64,000 bases of DNA from Leucoraja ocellata (GCA_036785375.1 JAWMAR010000932.1:310001-374000), one strand, 5' to 3'. Numbered from the stretch's first letter, positions 27,546 to 59,180 are shown. Made by a program: numbers and translations. Notes: generated by a model not told the origin, from the letters alone.

Positions 27546-28419
27546 AAATATGCAGGAAATGGATGTGCAGATGGAAGGGATTTATTTAATTTGGCATCTT
27601 GTTCTGCACAGACATCATAGGCCGAGGGTCCTGTTCCTGTTTTGTACTGCTCTATGGAGTACGCATGGAGTGTAAATACCTAAAGATCTGGCCAGGACTG
27701 AACTGGATGGTCTGAAAATAGAATGTGAAGCCAGATAGAACTAGATGGCAGGAAAGGTAAGTACTGGCGAAAAACATGTGGTTGTGGTTAAGGGACTGGG
27801 TGTGAACATGATGGAAGATCAGGAGAACTCTGCATACTAAGCCTAGACGTTGCAGTTGAACAGTAAATTCAAGACCAAAGAGATTGCAGTTGTTGGAACC
27901 TGGAGCAAGAAAAATCAAACTTCTGGAAGAACTCGGTTGATGTCCATTTCACTCTACAGATTCTACCCGGACTACCGTGTTTGTCCAGCAGTGTGTTTTA
28001 TGCACTGCATGTGCTTGGGTGACTGTGCATCAATCAGGAGACATTACTTTATTGACAATTAATTATCCATTAATCTATTCAATTGATTTAATGCCATCCC
28101 TAATATTTGCCTATTGTGTAGACATTATCCTGTAGAGGTGTAGCAGGGAAACAGGCTCTTCAGCCCATACAGACCATAAATATCAATTTTCACCCTAACC
28201 CATTTCATTCTCTTCATATTCCCATTAACTAGCTCTGGTTAATCCTAAATGATAAACGTAATCCACTTCTTCCTTGTTAATCTGAACCTGGAACAAAATG
28301 GTTATGCAGGAAGGTCTGGTAGTGTTGTGCTGGAGGGTATAAATTAATTTGACAAAGGAATGGGGCAGATGCACAGTTTAATGTGGTGGTGCACCCAAAT
28401 ATTCAAAGAAAACTAAGTC

Positions 28420-29520
28420 AGTTCAGTTGGCGGGACCCAAGTGACCATGGGCATTAAGGATATAGGAGGAATGCAAGGCTAAATGTATTTGTTTCAATGG
28501 AAGGAATCTGATGAGTAAAGTGGATGAACTGAGAGCATTGATCAGCAGATGGGGATAGAATATTGCTATTATAAGGACTAGGTTTAAGGAAAGGTAGGAT
28601 TGGCACTTTAATATTCCAAAGTATAGAATCCTCTACAGTAATGACGCGCATATCATAGGAGACTCTTCAAAAGAGGTGATATTGGTAGAATTTAGGAAAA
28701 ACATGGAAGGAATGGATTACTTTGCTGGGAATATATTACAAAATTATCAAAATGAGAGAAGAGCAGACATGTAGATAAATCACAGAGAGATGTAGATGAT
28801 TTGAGATTTAGCCACAGGAAATTTCAACTTTACTGATATTCATGGGAATTGTTGTTAAAGTGTCAATGAGGCTAGAATTTTTAAAGAACATCCAGGACTT
28901 TTAAGCCTGCACATTGATAGATCCATTGGAGAAGGGGTAGTACTGGACCAAATCTCAGGGAATGGAGCCAGGCAAATGGTTGAAGTGTCAGAGGGACAGC
29001 ATTTCAAATTGACCATAATTCTATAAGTTTCAAGGTAAACTGGAAAGGAATAAGATAAGAAAGGAATGATCTGTAACATCGGATCTTAAATGAGGGGAAA
29101 TGTGACTTGAGTCTCATGACTAGAGCTGGTAAAAATAAACTGGGAGCAGTTACTTGCAGGTAGGTCAACAAGTGCGAACCATTTAACTGTGAACTAGCAT
29201 GAAATCAGGCCAATGTAGGTGAAAGAAAATGACAGCAATTCTGGGCAACCCTGAATGTCAAGGGCTAGATCGATAAGCAAGTAAGCAACTGAAAACAAGG
29301 GAGACACTTCAGTTATAGAAAGAGGATACTTAAAAAAAAGGAGATCGGAAGGGCACAGAGAGGGCATGAAATATCACGAGCAGGCAAGATTAAGGATAAT
29401 CCTAAAGTTATTTATAAGTATAAGAAGGTCAAAGTAACCAGGGAAGGAGTCAGGCTCATAGAGAAATAAGGTGGCAAGCTATGTATAGACCCAGAGTACC
29501 TAGCTGAGATAATAAAAAGG
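28420..29520 (+). mobile_element. Highly decayed CR1 ORF2 (endonuclease/linker region)
   Basis: Remnants CICFNGRNL, KVDELRAL, GNFNF, VLDQISGN, KIKDNPK with many indels. Confidence 0.65.
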
Positions 29521-29539
29521 AACTGATTTATACCAACGA

Positions 29540-29665
29540 TAGACATAAAATGCTGGAGTAACTTGGCGGGTCACGCAGCATTGCTGGAGAAAATAGACAG
29601 GAGACTGAAGTCTGAAGAAGGGTCCTGACTCGAAATGTCAACTATCCATTTTCTCCAGAGATACA
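29540..29665. mobile_element. Fold-back Penelope-derived element with near-intact hammerhead core
   Basis: GACATAAAATGCTGGAGTAACT arm; CTGAAGA-AGGGTCCTGACTC-GAAATGTC at 29612-29639. Confidence 0.75.
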
Positions 29666-30769
29666 GTAACGCCACCGTGACCGCACACAATGTTTGTACC
29701 CGTATGCCAATGTTTCATTGCACCCTACCATTCATTATGGTATTTCTAGCCTATTAGTCCTTCAAAAGCACTTTAGCCAGGGGATAGAATTAAAAGCAGT
29801 GAGGTTGTGAGACAGCTTAAACTGTATGCTGTTCTGTCGCCATGAATATTGCTTGGGACAGGTTTTTCACTTCTGAAGAGAAACAAAATTATTAGAGGAG
29901 GTTAAGGTGAGAAATGATTGAGGTATGCAGAGGAATGATAGGCATACACAGGAGATTCATGAATAGAGGGAATGTACTCACCAATGCTCAGTTCGCATTT
30001 TGGCAGGAAGTAAATGCACCTCAATGCTGCTTTAATCCCGGCCAGAATTCTTGACGGAAGTGTTTCAGGCCCAATAAATTTCAGATGGTTCCTCCAGTCT
30101 TTGGCTTGAAGTGGATGTCTTCAACAATGGCTGCATAATGTTTAATTCCATTTGCACATTACACACACAGTGAAGCAACCCTTGCCAAGGATGCAGAGAG
30201 ACCTGGAAAACATAGAGGTGTGAGCTGATGAGTGAAGAGTAGCAATTGTGCTGCACAAGTTCCAGCTAATGGTTCCTCCAGTAAGACATCTTCCATTGAC
30301 ATTGAGCAGCATTACGATTGAAGAGATCCCAACATGACACCCTGACAGTCATCATTGATTATTGATTGACAAGATTTATAAATACTATAACAACAAGAGT
30401 AGCTCAGAAACAGTGGGGAGAGTTGCATCACTGACTCGCCAAAATCTCACGGTCATCTACAAGATATAGCTACTTATTTACAGGGCTAAGTAAAACTCAA
30501 CCTTCAAGCTTGATATCCTGCACAACACTGTAGCCCACTGCATAGGTGCCAAATCCTCCCCTGCTCCCTCAATCATCTTTGGACCTTGGCTGCAGTGGTC
30601 CATGAACAAAAATGCACTAGAGTTATCACCCAACTATCAACAATGGCATCCCCGAAACAAAAAAAACCCTCTAAAATAGAATGGCAAGGAACAAAGGCTG
30701 ATGGAAATGCCACCATCCACAAAGTCCTTTTCACATCATTCATGAGCAGTCTTAGGAAAGGCATTGCAG

Positions 30770-31230
30770 GTGCACCTCTTCAAATTGTCATCTACTGCAT
30801 TTGGTCTTCTAATATGACCTCCCTTACACCATTCTGACCATGCGTAGATTCGGAGACAGTTTCGCCAAACCCTTGTGCTCTTTCTGTTAAGGCTTGCTGG
30901 ATCTCTCGGTTGCTAACCATTTCAGCTCCTCTTTGCATTCCCACACTGTCCTTTCTGTCCTTGGCCTTCTCCATTGCCAGAGTGAGGCCACTCCTGTTCT
31001 GCCTGAATAGCTTACAACACAGCAGTGTGAAAATTGAATTCTCTAATTTATATTCATACTCCTCTACCCTTGCATGTGCCACCATTTCTCCCACATCACC
31101 CACCACCCTGCTCCTTTCCCCTCCTTCGAATGTTTATCTCACTTCCCTGACTTACCAATTTCCCCTTTATTCTTCCTCTTTTAACCTCCCTCCTTTTCTA
31201 CTCACATCCCTTCCTCCGGTGTTTTACATT
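30770..31230 (+). mobile_element. Penelope-like element GIY-YIG endonuclease remnant
   Basis: Frameshifted pieces: CTSSN / VIYCIW / RRFGDSFAKPL / DLSVANHFSSSLHSHTVLSVLGLLHCQSEAT / FCLNSLQHSSVKIEFSNL, then a C/T-rich tract. Confidence 0.8.
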
Positions 31231-31234
31231 TCAT

Positions 31235-32372
31235 TTCTCATCCTTATCCCTAATCGCCCGTCTATCCAGATGCATAAATATCTTATCCCTCAGAAATCTC
31301 TCTAGTAATCTGCCTACCTCAGATGTTAGACTCACTAGTCTACAATTCCCAGGCTTTTCCTTGCAACTCTTCAGAGGCACAATATTAGCCACATCCCAGT
31401 CATCCCTCACCTCACCCATGCCTAATGATGATTCATATATCTCAGCCAGAACCCTTGCAACTCCTTCTCTAGCCTCCCAGTGTCCTCGGACATGTCTGAT
31501 CAGGTCCACGTGATTTATCCACCTTCAGTGATGTCCAGTACCTCCTCAGCTGTAATACAGATTGTCCTCTGGACATTTCCATTAACTGCCCCAAGTTCCC
31601 CAGACCATGTAAAAACATAGGAGAAATATTCAATTAGGACCTTGCCCATCTCCTGGGGCTCCATATAGAGGTGACTACTTTGGTTTCTGAGGGCCCCTAT
31701 TTTCTCTCAAGTTATCCTCTTTCTCTAAATGTGCTTAGAAAATATCTTCAAATGTCCCTTAATATTATCTGTCACAACTATTTCCAGCGCCCTTTATGCC
31801 CTCATGAATTCCTTCTTAAGTATGTTCCCCAGTTCCTGAAACTACTCCAAGGACACACTTGATCCTCCTGGTTGTATTTGTCCCAAGCCTTCTTTTATTC
31901 TGACCAGAGTTTCATTTTTTCTCGTCATCCATTTCCTTTCTTCCGCTTGCCTTCCCCTTCACTCTAATCAAAACATGCATGCCCTGAACTCTTTACATCA
32001 CTCTTTTAAAAGCATCCAGTTGTTCCATAGCCCACAAACAACCTACTCCAGTCAGCTTTAGCAAGTTCCTGTCTAAGACGCCTTGCCCCTATTCCATATT
32101 TTAACCTGTGGGTCCATCCTCTCTTTATCCAAAGCTATTTTAAAAGTACCAGCACTGTGGTTGCTAGTTCCAAAAGGCTTGCCTACGGACACGTCAGTCA
32201 CGTGCCCTTTCCTAAAGGTGTACCAGACTTTGCCCACTCCCTTGTTCATCCCTCTACATACTGCCTGAGAAAACTTTCCTTAACACATTTGACAAATTCC
32301 ACCCCATCTGACCCTTTGGCATCATGCCAGTCCCAGTATATATTGCAAAAGTTAAAATCCTTTGCTATGATA
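31235..32372 (-). mobile_element. CR1 LINE fragment (endonuclease to RT start), internally deleted
   Basis: Minus ORFs DWDVANIVPL, KPGNCRLVSLTSEVGRLLE, DFNFCNIYWD, EFVKCVKESFLRQYVE. Confidence 0.88.
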
Positions 32373-32394
32373 ACTTCGGGAACTCCAACCCGCA

Positions 32395-32520
32395 GGAGCT
32401 TCGCCCACCCCAACGCAGGAGGTTTGATCACCCTGACGCGGGATCTTCGAACGCCCCGACGCAAGAGGTTCGATTGCCCCGACGCGGGGGCTTCGACCGT
32501 CGGCTGCGGGAGCTTTGATC
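32395..32520 (+). repeat. CpG-rich 23-bp minisatellite (~5.5 copies) within an unclassified element ending near 32690
   Basis: Units start at 32395, 32418, 32441, 32464, 32487 and 32509; consensus ~GGAGCTTCGATCGCCCCGACGCG. Confidence 0.85.
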
Positions 32521-33831
32521 TCTGGCTGCGTTCCATCACAGTGAGGAATGTGGGGAATCTGCTGTGGTGGATGTTTACGTTAACTTTTATGTAATTGTGT
32601 GTCTTGTCGCTTATTTTTCTGTATTGACTGTTTGGTAATTCACACATCACTGTACCTTAATTGGTACGTGTGACAATAAAAGACCTTTGAAACCATTGTG
32701 GGTCCCATGACATCAGACCATATAGGGCCCAGAAAACCTGGTTAATTACCATTTCTACCTCCCTCCCATAGAAGATCAAATAGTCTACATTGAGCATCAC
32801 TTGGAGAACACGGTGAAGAGAGCATTTGGGTGAAAGAAAGACTAAAAAAGTGATATATTCAAGGACCACTATGGGGCTGGACCTGACTCAAGTGTTGAGG
32901 TAACAAGAACCAGGAAGACTAACTTCATCTAGTCTTCTCCAAATGCCTGCTATAGTTGCATCTGTTTATGATTGAATTGGAAGTCATGCCCATTTCACAG
33001 TCTTCACAATGTTTCACCTCAAATTCTTAAAATTCCAGGGTCAGGTGGCCTCCCACTCCTATTTCCTTGTGTATACAGTCTTGCAAAGCTGTAGCACAAG
33101 ACTGCATACTCAGAAGACAAAGAAAAAGTAGCAGCAGGAATAGGCCTCGTGGCTCATTAAGCCTGCTCCGCAGTTCAATATGATTACGGCTAATCTATGC
33201 TGGCCTCAACTCATTTTCTGTGCCAGCTCCCCATTATTTGTAAAACAGAGGAAGTAACATTAGAACCCTCACGTTGCCAGGTGAGGAGGGGGCTGTGGGT
33301 CCCCAGCAGGACCAAAAACAAGACTTGTCAAAGGGCGGATGAGCTTCTAGCGAGCAAACGGCCATCCACACTTCAGTAGAAGTTGCGATCACTGTGGTAC
33401 ATAGCATTGTAAGGAATGATGATAAAGCATGCACACCAAAATCCTGTACTTCCAGCGGCGGAAGTCCGCAGGAGATGTGTGGTCCGTCTGTCACCGTTCC
33501 CGTTGGAAACCAGCACCACTGCGTCACTAATGTTTTCAACAATGATAAATGCATCCTCCACATCCAATTATGGTGAAATAAAATCCTCATCGAAGGAGTA
33601 CAAACCATGATTGTTCTCAATGAAGATGCAGACCATCAATGAGGACTGAAGCATTTGGCAACATCTCCTGTGAGGGATGATAACTGGATGATGCACCTTG
33701 ACCTCCTTCTGGAATTCTTGGAATCACAGACACTAGTCTTCAGCAATCTTAATTCACTCCAAGAGATATAATGAAACCTCTGAGTGCAATGGATGTAGCA
33801 AAAGCTCTAGTCTCAACAATATCTCAACAGT

Positions 33832-34435
33832 AGTGGCTCGAAGGGCCGAATGGCCTACTCCTGCACCTATTTTCTATGTTTCTATGACACACGTAGACAC
33901 AGTCGTAAAGAGGGTTTATGGTATGCAAGCCTTCAGTAATCGGGGCATTAAGTGTGACTCAGGGAGTCACGTTGCAGCTGTATAGGACGTTAGTTAAGCT
34001 GCATTAGGAGTTTTGGGTGCAGTTGTGGTCGCTCCATTACACAACAGATGTGGAAGCATTGGAGAGGATACAGATGAGGTTTACTGGAATGCTGCCTGAA
34101 TTAGAGGGCATTAGCTTTAAGGAGTGGTCTGACAAACTTGGATTGTCTTCTCCGTAACACTGGAGCCTACGGAGAGACCTGACCTGACCTGACCTGACGT
34201 GAAAATCATGAAAAACAAAAATAGGTAGACAGTCAGAACCTGGACTGTTTCCTGGAATGGTCTGCCAGCAGTGATGGTAGAGGCATTTAAGAAGCTTTTG
34301 CATAGGCACATGTATATGCAGGGAGTAGAAATGCATGGATCACATGCAGGCAGAACAGGTTAGTTGGCACAGTTTTGCACAGACATTGTGGACTAAATGG
34401 CCTGTTCCGAGCTGTACTGTCTGTTCTATGTTCTA
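33832..34435 (+). mobile_element. CR1 3' fragments, including a (GACCT)4 microrepeat
   Basis: GAAGGGCCGAATGGCCTACTCCTGCACCTATTTTCTATG tail; LQLYRTLV and ALERIQMRFTGMLP remnants; CTGTTCTATGTTCTA tail. Confidence 0.8.
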
Positions 34436-34849
34436 GTCAATCATAAACAAAATAATGAAGGATGTGCTTCCATTTACAAAGCTGTCTATTTATATCTCAC
34501 TCAATCCACTTTCTACTGTATGATATTTTCAAAATTAATATGCATCTGAGAAATGTAAAATTTATATTATAAATAAACTGTTAAACATTATATATTGATC
34601 TTTTATTCCCATACATTTGTGATCTTTATCACCCACAAGAACACAAGCAGAATTGGGGAATGGATATGTGAATTCTAAACACATTTGTCCCTGCCAAGAC
34701 AGCAGACACTTATTTTAAAGGTTCTCTGACGGAAGAGTTAAAACATTGGACTTATCATGTGTCAGTTTTCCATTTTTAACTTGTATGGACAAACGCGAAT
34801 GGTGAATAAATGAATGGTAAAGAATTCCAAAGCAAATTACTGACTGTGC

Positions 34850-34950
34850 TTCTCTAATTATAGCCTGATATTGGACGACCAGCTGATGCAGGTATACTAT
34901 ATATGGGAAATGAGCCCGCTGTGCTAACAAATAACAACAGTATATATAAG
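34850..34950 (+). promoter_or_regulatory. Muscle-type proximal promoter of MYH paralog B
   Basis: MEF2 consensus CTAATTATAG 34854-34863; reverse CCAAT (ATTGG) ~34870-34874; E-box CAGCTG 34880-34885; CArG-like CTATATATGG 34897-34906; TATA box TATATATAAG 34941-34950; strong donor GGTAAGT about 45 nt downstream. Confidence 0.8.
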
Positions 34951-34969
34951 TTGCCAGAGAACACACAGA

Positions 34970-34992
34970 GCTGCTGGTGTCCAACCATCGGG
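34970..34992 (+). other. Probable non-coding exon 1 of paralog B (start approximate)
   Basis: Begins ~25-30 nt after the TATA box and ends at donor G|GTAAGT (34993). Vertebrate sarcomeric MYH genes typically have two 5' non-coding exons. Confidence 0.65.
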
Positions 34993-35177
34993 GTAAGTTT
35001 CCAGCTGACTTCATCTATTTTTTTCAGTAATAAACACATCGTTATGTAAAACGTCACTAATAACAGAAAAAAAAATCCAGTTATCTGCCTCGCGTATAAC
35101 CCAAATTATGTAAATGTATATTTAAATCACAGGCAAAGAAGAAAATGAATTTACCTATTGTGTTTTGATTTTGTTAG

Positions 35178-35218
35178 AATTGGCGTGGAGGATTTTATTT
35201 TACGAAGGATTGATAAAG
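35178..35218 (+). other. Probable non-coding exon 2 of paralog B
   Basis: Acceptor TTTTGATTTTGTTAG| and donor AAG|GTAAGG flank 41 nt with no ATG. Confidence 0.55.
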
Positions 35219-35239
35219 GTAAGGAGACACGAGAGAGAG

Positions 35240-35460
35240 ACTGCCGATATTGTTGTCTGGAGCAACAATCTGAAGGGCTAACTCGGAGGGTCGAGCAGCA
35301 TTTGTGCGGGAAGGGAATGTGGATGTTTCTAAACGTCGATGAGAGACAAAAGTGCTGGAGAAAGCGGGTGTGGAGCGAAGGAAACAGGCAACGTTTCTGG
35401 CCGAAACCCTTCTAAACGTCGATAGTTCCTTTACGCACAGATGTTGCTCGACCCGCTGAT
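35240..35460. mobile_element. Nested fold-back elements in intron 2 of paralog B
   Basis: Inverted arms 35288-35316 and 35426-35454; 14-bp direct repeat TTCTAAACGTCGAT at 35327-35340 and 35410-35423 flanking a 69-bp insert. Confidence 0.7.
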
Positions 35461-36344
35461 AAAGGTAATACGATAAACACAAGCAAGTGCTTCTTTTAGA
35501 AAACTAATAAGAAAAGTTTAATTTTCCTGTGAATCAGGTTTTGCTGAATGTGTGGTTTTGCGTTCAGACCCATGAGGTTACATTCAGTTATCTGCTGAGC
35601 ACTTCAATCATTCCGCTTGTTATTCGAAGCCGCATCGCAAGCGGCTGTTCAGCTCCCGAAAGAACGGTATTGTATATCTATGATATATAAATATGACACA
35701 CATTCCACGCGACTGCGACACGACAATCCGCACTTCCCTTAATTCCAAATAAATGTTGTTTCATGTGATTGAAACATAATATGCCTAGGATCAGCTGCTT
35801 ATCATTCTGAACACGCCGAACAAATAAATATTGGATGATAAAGATATGTAAACATGGTGCTTCCGAAATGTTGATCTCATATTCTTCAAAATTATAACCC
35901 ATCAATTTTGCCATGGTATGGAAGCCACGGGAAAAAAATATGTGTATCATATTTTTAAATTGAGAAAACGCCACTAATTAGGTTTCCATGGGTAACTAAC
36001 ATAGTTCGTCGAGGCTTAATGAAGTCAAGGAGAAACTGTATTTTCTAATCCGCTATCAAACATATCAATAACGTGATTAATTCAAGGATCTAAATGCAAG
36101 AAATAGTAAAGGATACAAATTATACTGTAGCATATGGTTGTTACATTTATGCATACTACAGGGGGAATCAGTCAAAGGTTATTAAACATGCTTCTTTTAA
36201 AACGTTAATTCAGTGCGCTGCTGCAGTTTAAGGAAAGATGAATTATGTATCCCTGTCGACAAGTAATACCATGAAGTATGCTGATACTATTTAGTATCAA
36301 ATGATTGAAATGTTCCTTGTGTGATCCAGCAATAGACCGAAGCC

Positions 36345-54850
<18,506 letters not shown>

Positions 54851-54938
54851 ATGACAACTTGAAATGGTCCACAGAAGAAATCTACAAAATGTGTATTTCT
54901 TTGTAACATAGTTTTATAAATGTAGCAATATCAACAAA

Positions 54939-54944
54939 AATAAA
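54939..54944 (+). terminator. Polyadenylation signal of paralog B
   Basis: AATAAA ~90 nt after the stop, in a 3'UTR that aligns with paralog A (AATAAAnGTGCAACACT). Confidence 0.8.
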
Positions 54945-56691
54945 CGTGCAACACTAAAATGCCGCTTTGTCAGCTTGTGTTATTTAGATGATTCAAAAAT
55001 CAGAGCATGGAAAACCTTCAAAGGAAAACATTTTGCAAGCAAAATATTGGACAGAGAGCGAATTAGAATAATGCATATGAAATATTTTTCAATCATGAAT
55101 CAAGAATATCTATATCAGCATTGACATTATGGAGTGAAAATTAAACTGTTGCTCACACTTAGTCAAGACGTATGTGCCCGGTGTCAGGCTTAAAATGACC
55201 TACAAACCTTATGAACACATTCTGGCTGTAGTGCCTATGCTACCTCCACTGGAAATTTGGACTCATTGTGCAGATTTCTAAGTCATTAATCTTGCCAACA
55301 GCAGCCTTAAATTCATTTTCCAGAGCTGGGTTTAAGTAGCATTTCTTGAACAACTGAAGGGATCCTTTATTATTGCTTAAAATATTTTATCTGGTTAAAC
55401 ATAAAACTTACATTCTGTAGTTAGTCACCATTCAAGTAGAATGACCAGGATAGATCCAATACATTCCACAGTCCCTGCTACTTACAATTTCTGCAAGCAT
55501 ATTTAAATAATGGATTGCTTCTTCATTGATATGTGCACTCACTTTGATTTGCTGAGCTCATGATTGAGAAATAGAGCAAAGTCAGAAGATTCAACAAGTA
55601 TCCAATGAGCATTTGAATTGTCAAGATGTAGAAGACTATGGGACAAATTATGGTAAATGGATTAGTGGGGATAGGTAATCAATGTGCTGGCATGGACATG
55701 ACGGGCTGAAGGACTGCTTGGAGGCTCCTCAGAGAATTATTGGCTACCTACTGTCAAGAGAAAGCTTGTTCCTGACTGTGAATTATAACTCAAAAATGAG
55801 CTGCTGCGCAGATCCCAGCACATCTCACTTCCCCAACCCAATCCGTCAGAAGCTGTACACAGGGTTTAGGGGTGGAATAGATATACAGCTTAGGGGCAGA
55901 TCACAGAAACAACTGTCAAAAATTACCCTTTGCTTCCAGCCACTGAGCCACATCATCTAAATGTGGATCCAAATTACCTCGCTCCTTTAATCACCTGGAA
56001 ATTATTTTTAGCAGACTATTATGTGGGAACTCATCAAAAGCCTTGCTAAAAGTCACCTCCTCTATATCAAATGTACTGTTGTCATAAACAACCAGAAGCA
56101 CACCATCCCCACACCCTCTTCCACCTGTCTTTTGCTACCTTCCCACCTCTACATGTTGCCTGTCCATCATTAATCTGTATTTTGATAAATTAAAGTATGA
56201 AGCTTCCTCAGAATTGAGTCGAATCATTTGGCCTTGACTGAATTCAGACTAATTGACCATAATAGCCAGGTCTATTCCTTCCTTTATTTTAAAGCAACAG
56301 TACGACATTAACAGCTAATTGATCCATTAATTGGTTGTTGAGAATTGTTCTGAGTGTGTAGTTGTGTGGTAGAATCTAGTGAAGATTTATAGTCAACTAC
56401 AAGAGAAAGGAGGGATTCAAAATTTATGGTTTGTGCTTCCAAAATTATATTCATTGTTTTATTAAACAACCTGGGATATATTTAATCTAGGCTGCTGTTG
56501 GGTCAGTTTAAAGATGTTGAACTCTAAATGTGGTACCTCTGCTTCTGCATTACTTATTCCATCCAATAGTTTAGCCATGTTTTCTTTAACTACTACATCA
56601 CCATCTTTTCTCTTCCATGTAGAGAACTCAGCAAAGTATTCTACTGGAATGTTATCGCTATCCCACACATAGGTTATTGTTTTGGTCAGGA

Positions 56692-56890
56692 GAAGGAAGG
56701 AACTGCAGATGCTGGTTTACACCGAAGATAGACACAAAATGTTGGAGTAACTCAGCGGGCCAGGCAGTATCTCGGGATAGAACATCTCTGGGTCCAAAGA
56801 AGGGTCTCAACCTGAAACATCACCCATTCCTTCTATCCAGAGATGCTGTCTGTCCCGCTGAGTTACTCCCGCAATTTATGTCTATCTTAG
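56692..56890. mobile_element. Fold-back Penelope-derived element
   Basis: AAGATAGACACAAAATGTTGGAGTAACTCAGCGGG and CCCGCTGAGTTACTCCCGCAATTTATGTCTATCTT arms; decayed core CCAAAGAAGGGTCTCAACCTGAAACATC. Confidence 0.8.
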
Positions 56891-57639
56891 TATTTTTGTC
56901 CCCACTGTTAGTTATTTTCTTGCAAAATAATATCTGATGCAAATTTTCCTTTTTTGGTTTATCTATGCACTTGTCATCCAGAGACCTATAGGTTTGGCAC
57001 TCTGTGGCAACATATTTACACTGAATAACTTGAATTTCCTCTTGAACACTTCCCCTTGTTCTGAGACTGATTTACTGTCACATACTGTACTTGATTCCAC
57101 ATTATTTTCCACATCACTTCATGTCCCAGTCAAATTGTTTTTATTCACACAGTAATGTGCAAATTTTCAATGGGACATTGTACCTCCTAACCCTAAGAAA
57201 TATAAATATAAATACAAACAACAAATACAAAGGTAATTTAGTAATTGTTAATGAATCCAAACCAAGCACTATGATTTGTTAGTCTACGATGTATCATTGT
57301 GTGAGTGTCATTCCTCAGAAGATTAACTTGTTATGCAATCAAACTTTAGATCTAGATTAATGGATTTACTTACACAGGATGGATAAGTGAAAAACAAACA
57401 ATATCACAGTAAAACGCATAACATATTTATTCATGCATTGTAAAAGATGCAGTTTTAAAGTATTCCTAAAACATGTTGTTTAAAGAGAACTTCATTTCTT
57501 ATAAATATATCCTTTGTTGGGAAAGAATTATAACATTCAAACCTAATGTGATTGGTTTTCAGTCTGAAAACTGACACTGACAATTAGATGCTAAGAATAA
57601 GTCCCTTACACTAAGTCTTTCTCCCAATCCACTGGTCAC

Positions 57640-59180
57640 TCATAGAGTCATAGAATCATACAGCATGGAAACAGGCTCTTCTGTCCAACTTTTGCATGCC
57701 AACCATTATGTCCCATCTACTTTATTCTTACCTGCCCGTGTTTGGCCATATCCCACTAAACCTTTCCTACCCATGTAACTATCCAAAAGTCCTTTAAATG
57801 TTTAAATGTTGTTATAATACCTGCCTCAACCACCTCCTATGGCAGTTATATACCCACAACCTTCAGTGTGAAAAATGTGCCTCTCAGTTTCTCCCCCCTC
57901 CTCCCCCACCACACACCTATTTCTTCAGGTTCTCCTACTCTGGGTAAAAGACTGTGCATTTACCCTCGTAGCCCTCATGTTCTTGCCCCAATGTACTGAA
58001 AGCCTTTACTTACCTTTCAAGGGACAATGAACCTGCACTCGTAAATCCCTCTGCTCTACAACACTACCCAGGGCCTGCCATTCACTGTAAAGGTCCTGCC
58101 ATGGTTTGACTTCCCCAAAGGCAAAACATATCTGCATTAAACTATCAACCATTCCTCAGCCCACCTGCCCAACTGATCAAGATCCTGCTGTAATTTTTGA
58201 TAACTATCTTCATTATCTATGATACCACCACTTTCAAGTCATCTGCAAACTTCCTACTCATGCCTTGGCCATTCTCATTCAAATCATTAATATAAACTAC
58301 AAACAGCAATAAGCCTAACTCTGATTCCTGAGGAACACTAGTAATCACAGTCCACAAGTCCAAAAAAATAATCTTCCACCATCACCCTCTGCTTCCTTCT
58401 ATGTAGCCAATTCTCTATCCAGTCAGTTAACTCTCCCTGGATTCCATGTCATCTACATTAGCCACCTATCAGTCTTCGAGCACCTCATGTATGTCTAATT
58501 ATGATTCATATATTTCAGCCAAGGGCATCTGCAATTTCTTCTCTAACGTCCCAGTGTCCTCGGATATATCTGATCAGGACCAGGAGATGTATATACCTTC
58601 ATGCACCTTCAGGCATTCACACCTACTAATCCGAGTATGGACTGACCTCAAGCCATTTCCATTAACTGTCCTCATGCATTTCCGCACAGTTAAAACACAG
58701 AAATACTGAGGATCTTACCCTTCTCCTGCGGCACCACACATAAAATGCTGCTTTGATATCTGAGATGTCTTATAGTCACCCTCTTTCCCCAAATGTACTT
58801 GTAAAATCTCTTTGAATTCTCCATAATATTGTCCGCCAGAGCTATCTCCTGCCCTCTTTTTGGCCTCCTGATTTCCTTCTTAAGTATGTTCTTCAGTGCC
58901 TAGAAACTCCTCCAAAGATACACTTGATCCCAGTGGCCTCCACCTGCCGATGCCTCCTTTTTCCTGACCAGAGCCTCAGTTTTTCCTCATCATTCAAGCT
59001 TCCTTAACTCCCTCCTGCCTTGCCCATCAATCTAACAGGAGCATGTATACCCTGAACTTTTGTCATCAGCAACTCTAACACTAAAGCATCTCACTTTATG
59101 GACGTCCCTTTGACCACAAGCAAGCTTTCTGTTTCATACCATCAAAGTTGGTCTTTCCCCAATTCAGAATTTTAACACAA
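57640..59180 (-). mobile_element. CR1 LINE, long but multiply deleted
   Basis: Reversed tail CATAGAGTCATAGAATCATACAGC; reverse complements of KFADD and VPQES motifs at ~58230-58340. Confidence 0.85.

Noticed and set aside
32395-32520. CRISPR-like appearance of the 23-bp repeats
   Set aside because: Units are contiguous without unique spacers, the context is vertebrate and there are no cas genes.
33235-33660. CpG-containing segment with several overlapping short ORFs
   Set aside because: No recognisable protein motif or splice structure; probably an unclassified repeat fragment that I cannot assign.
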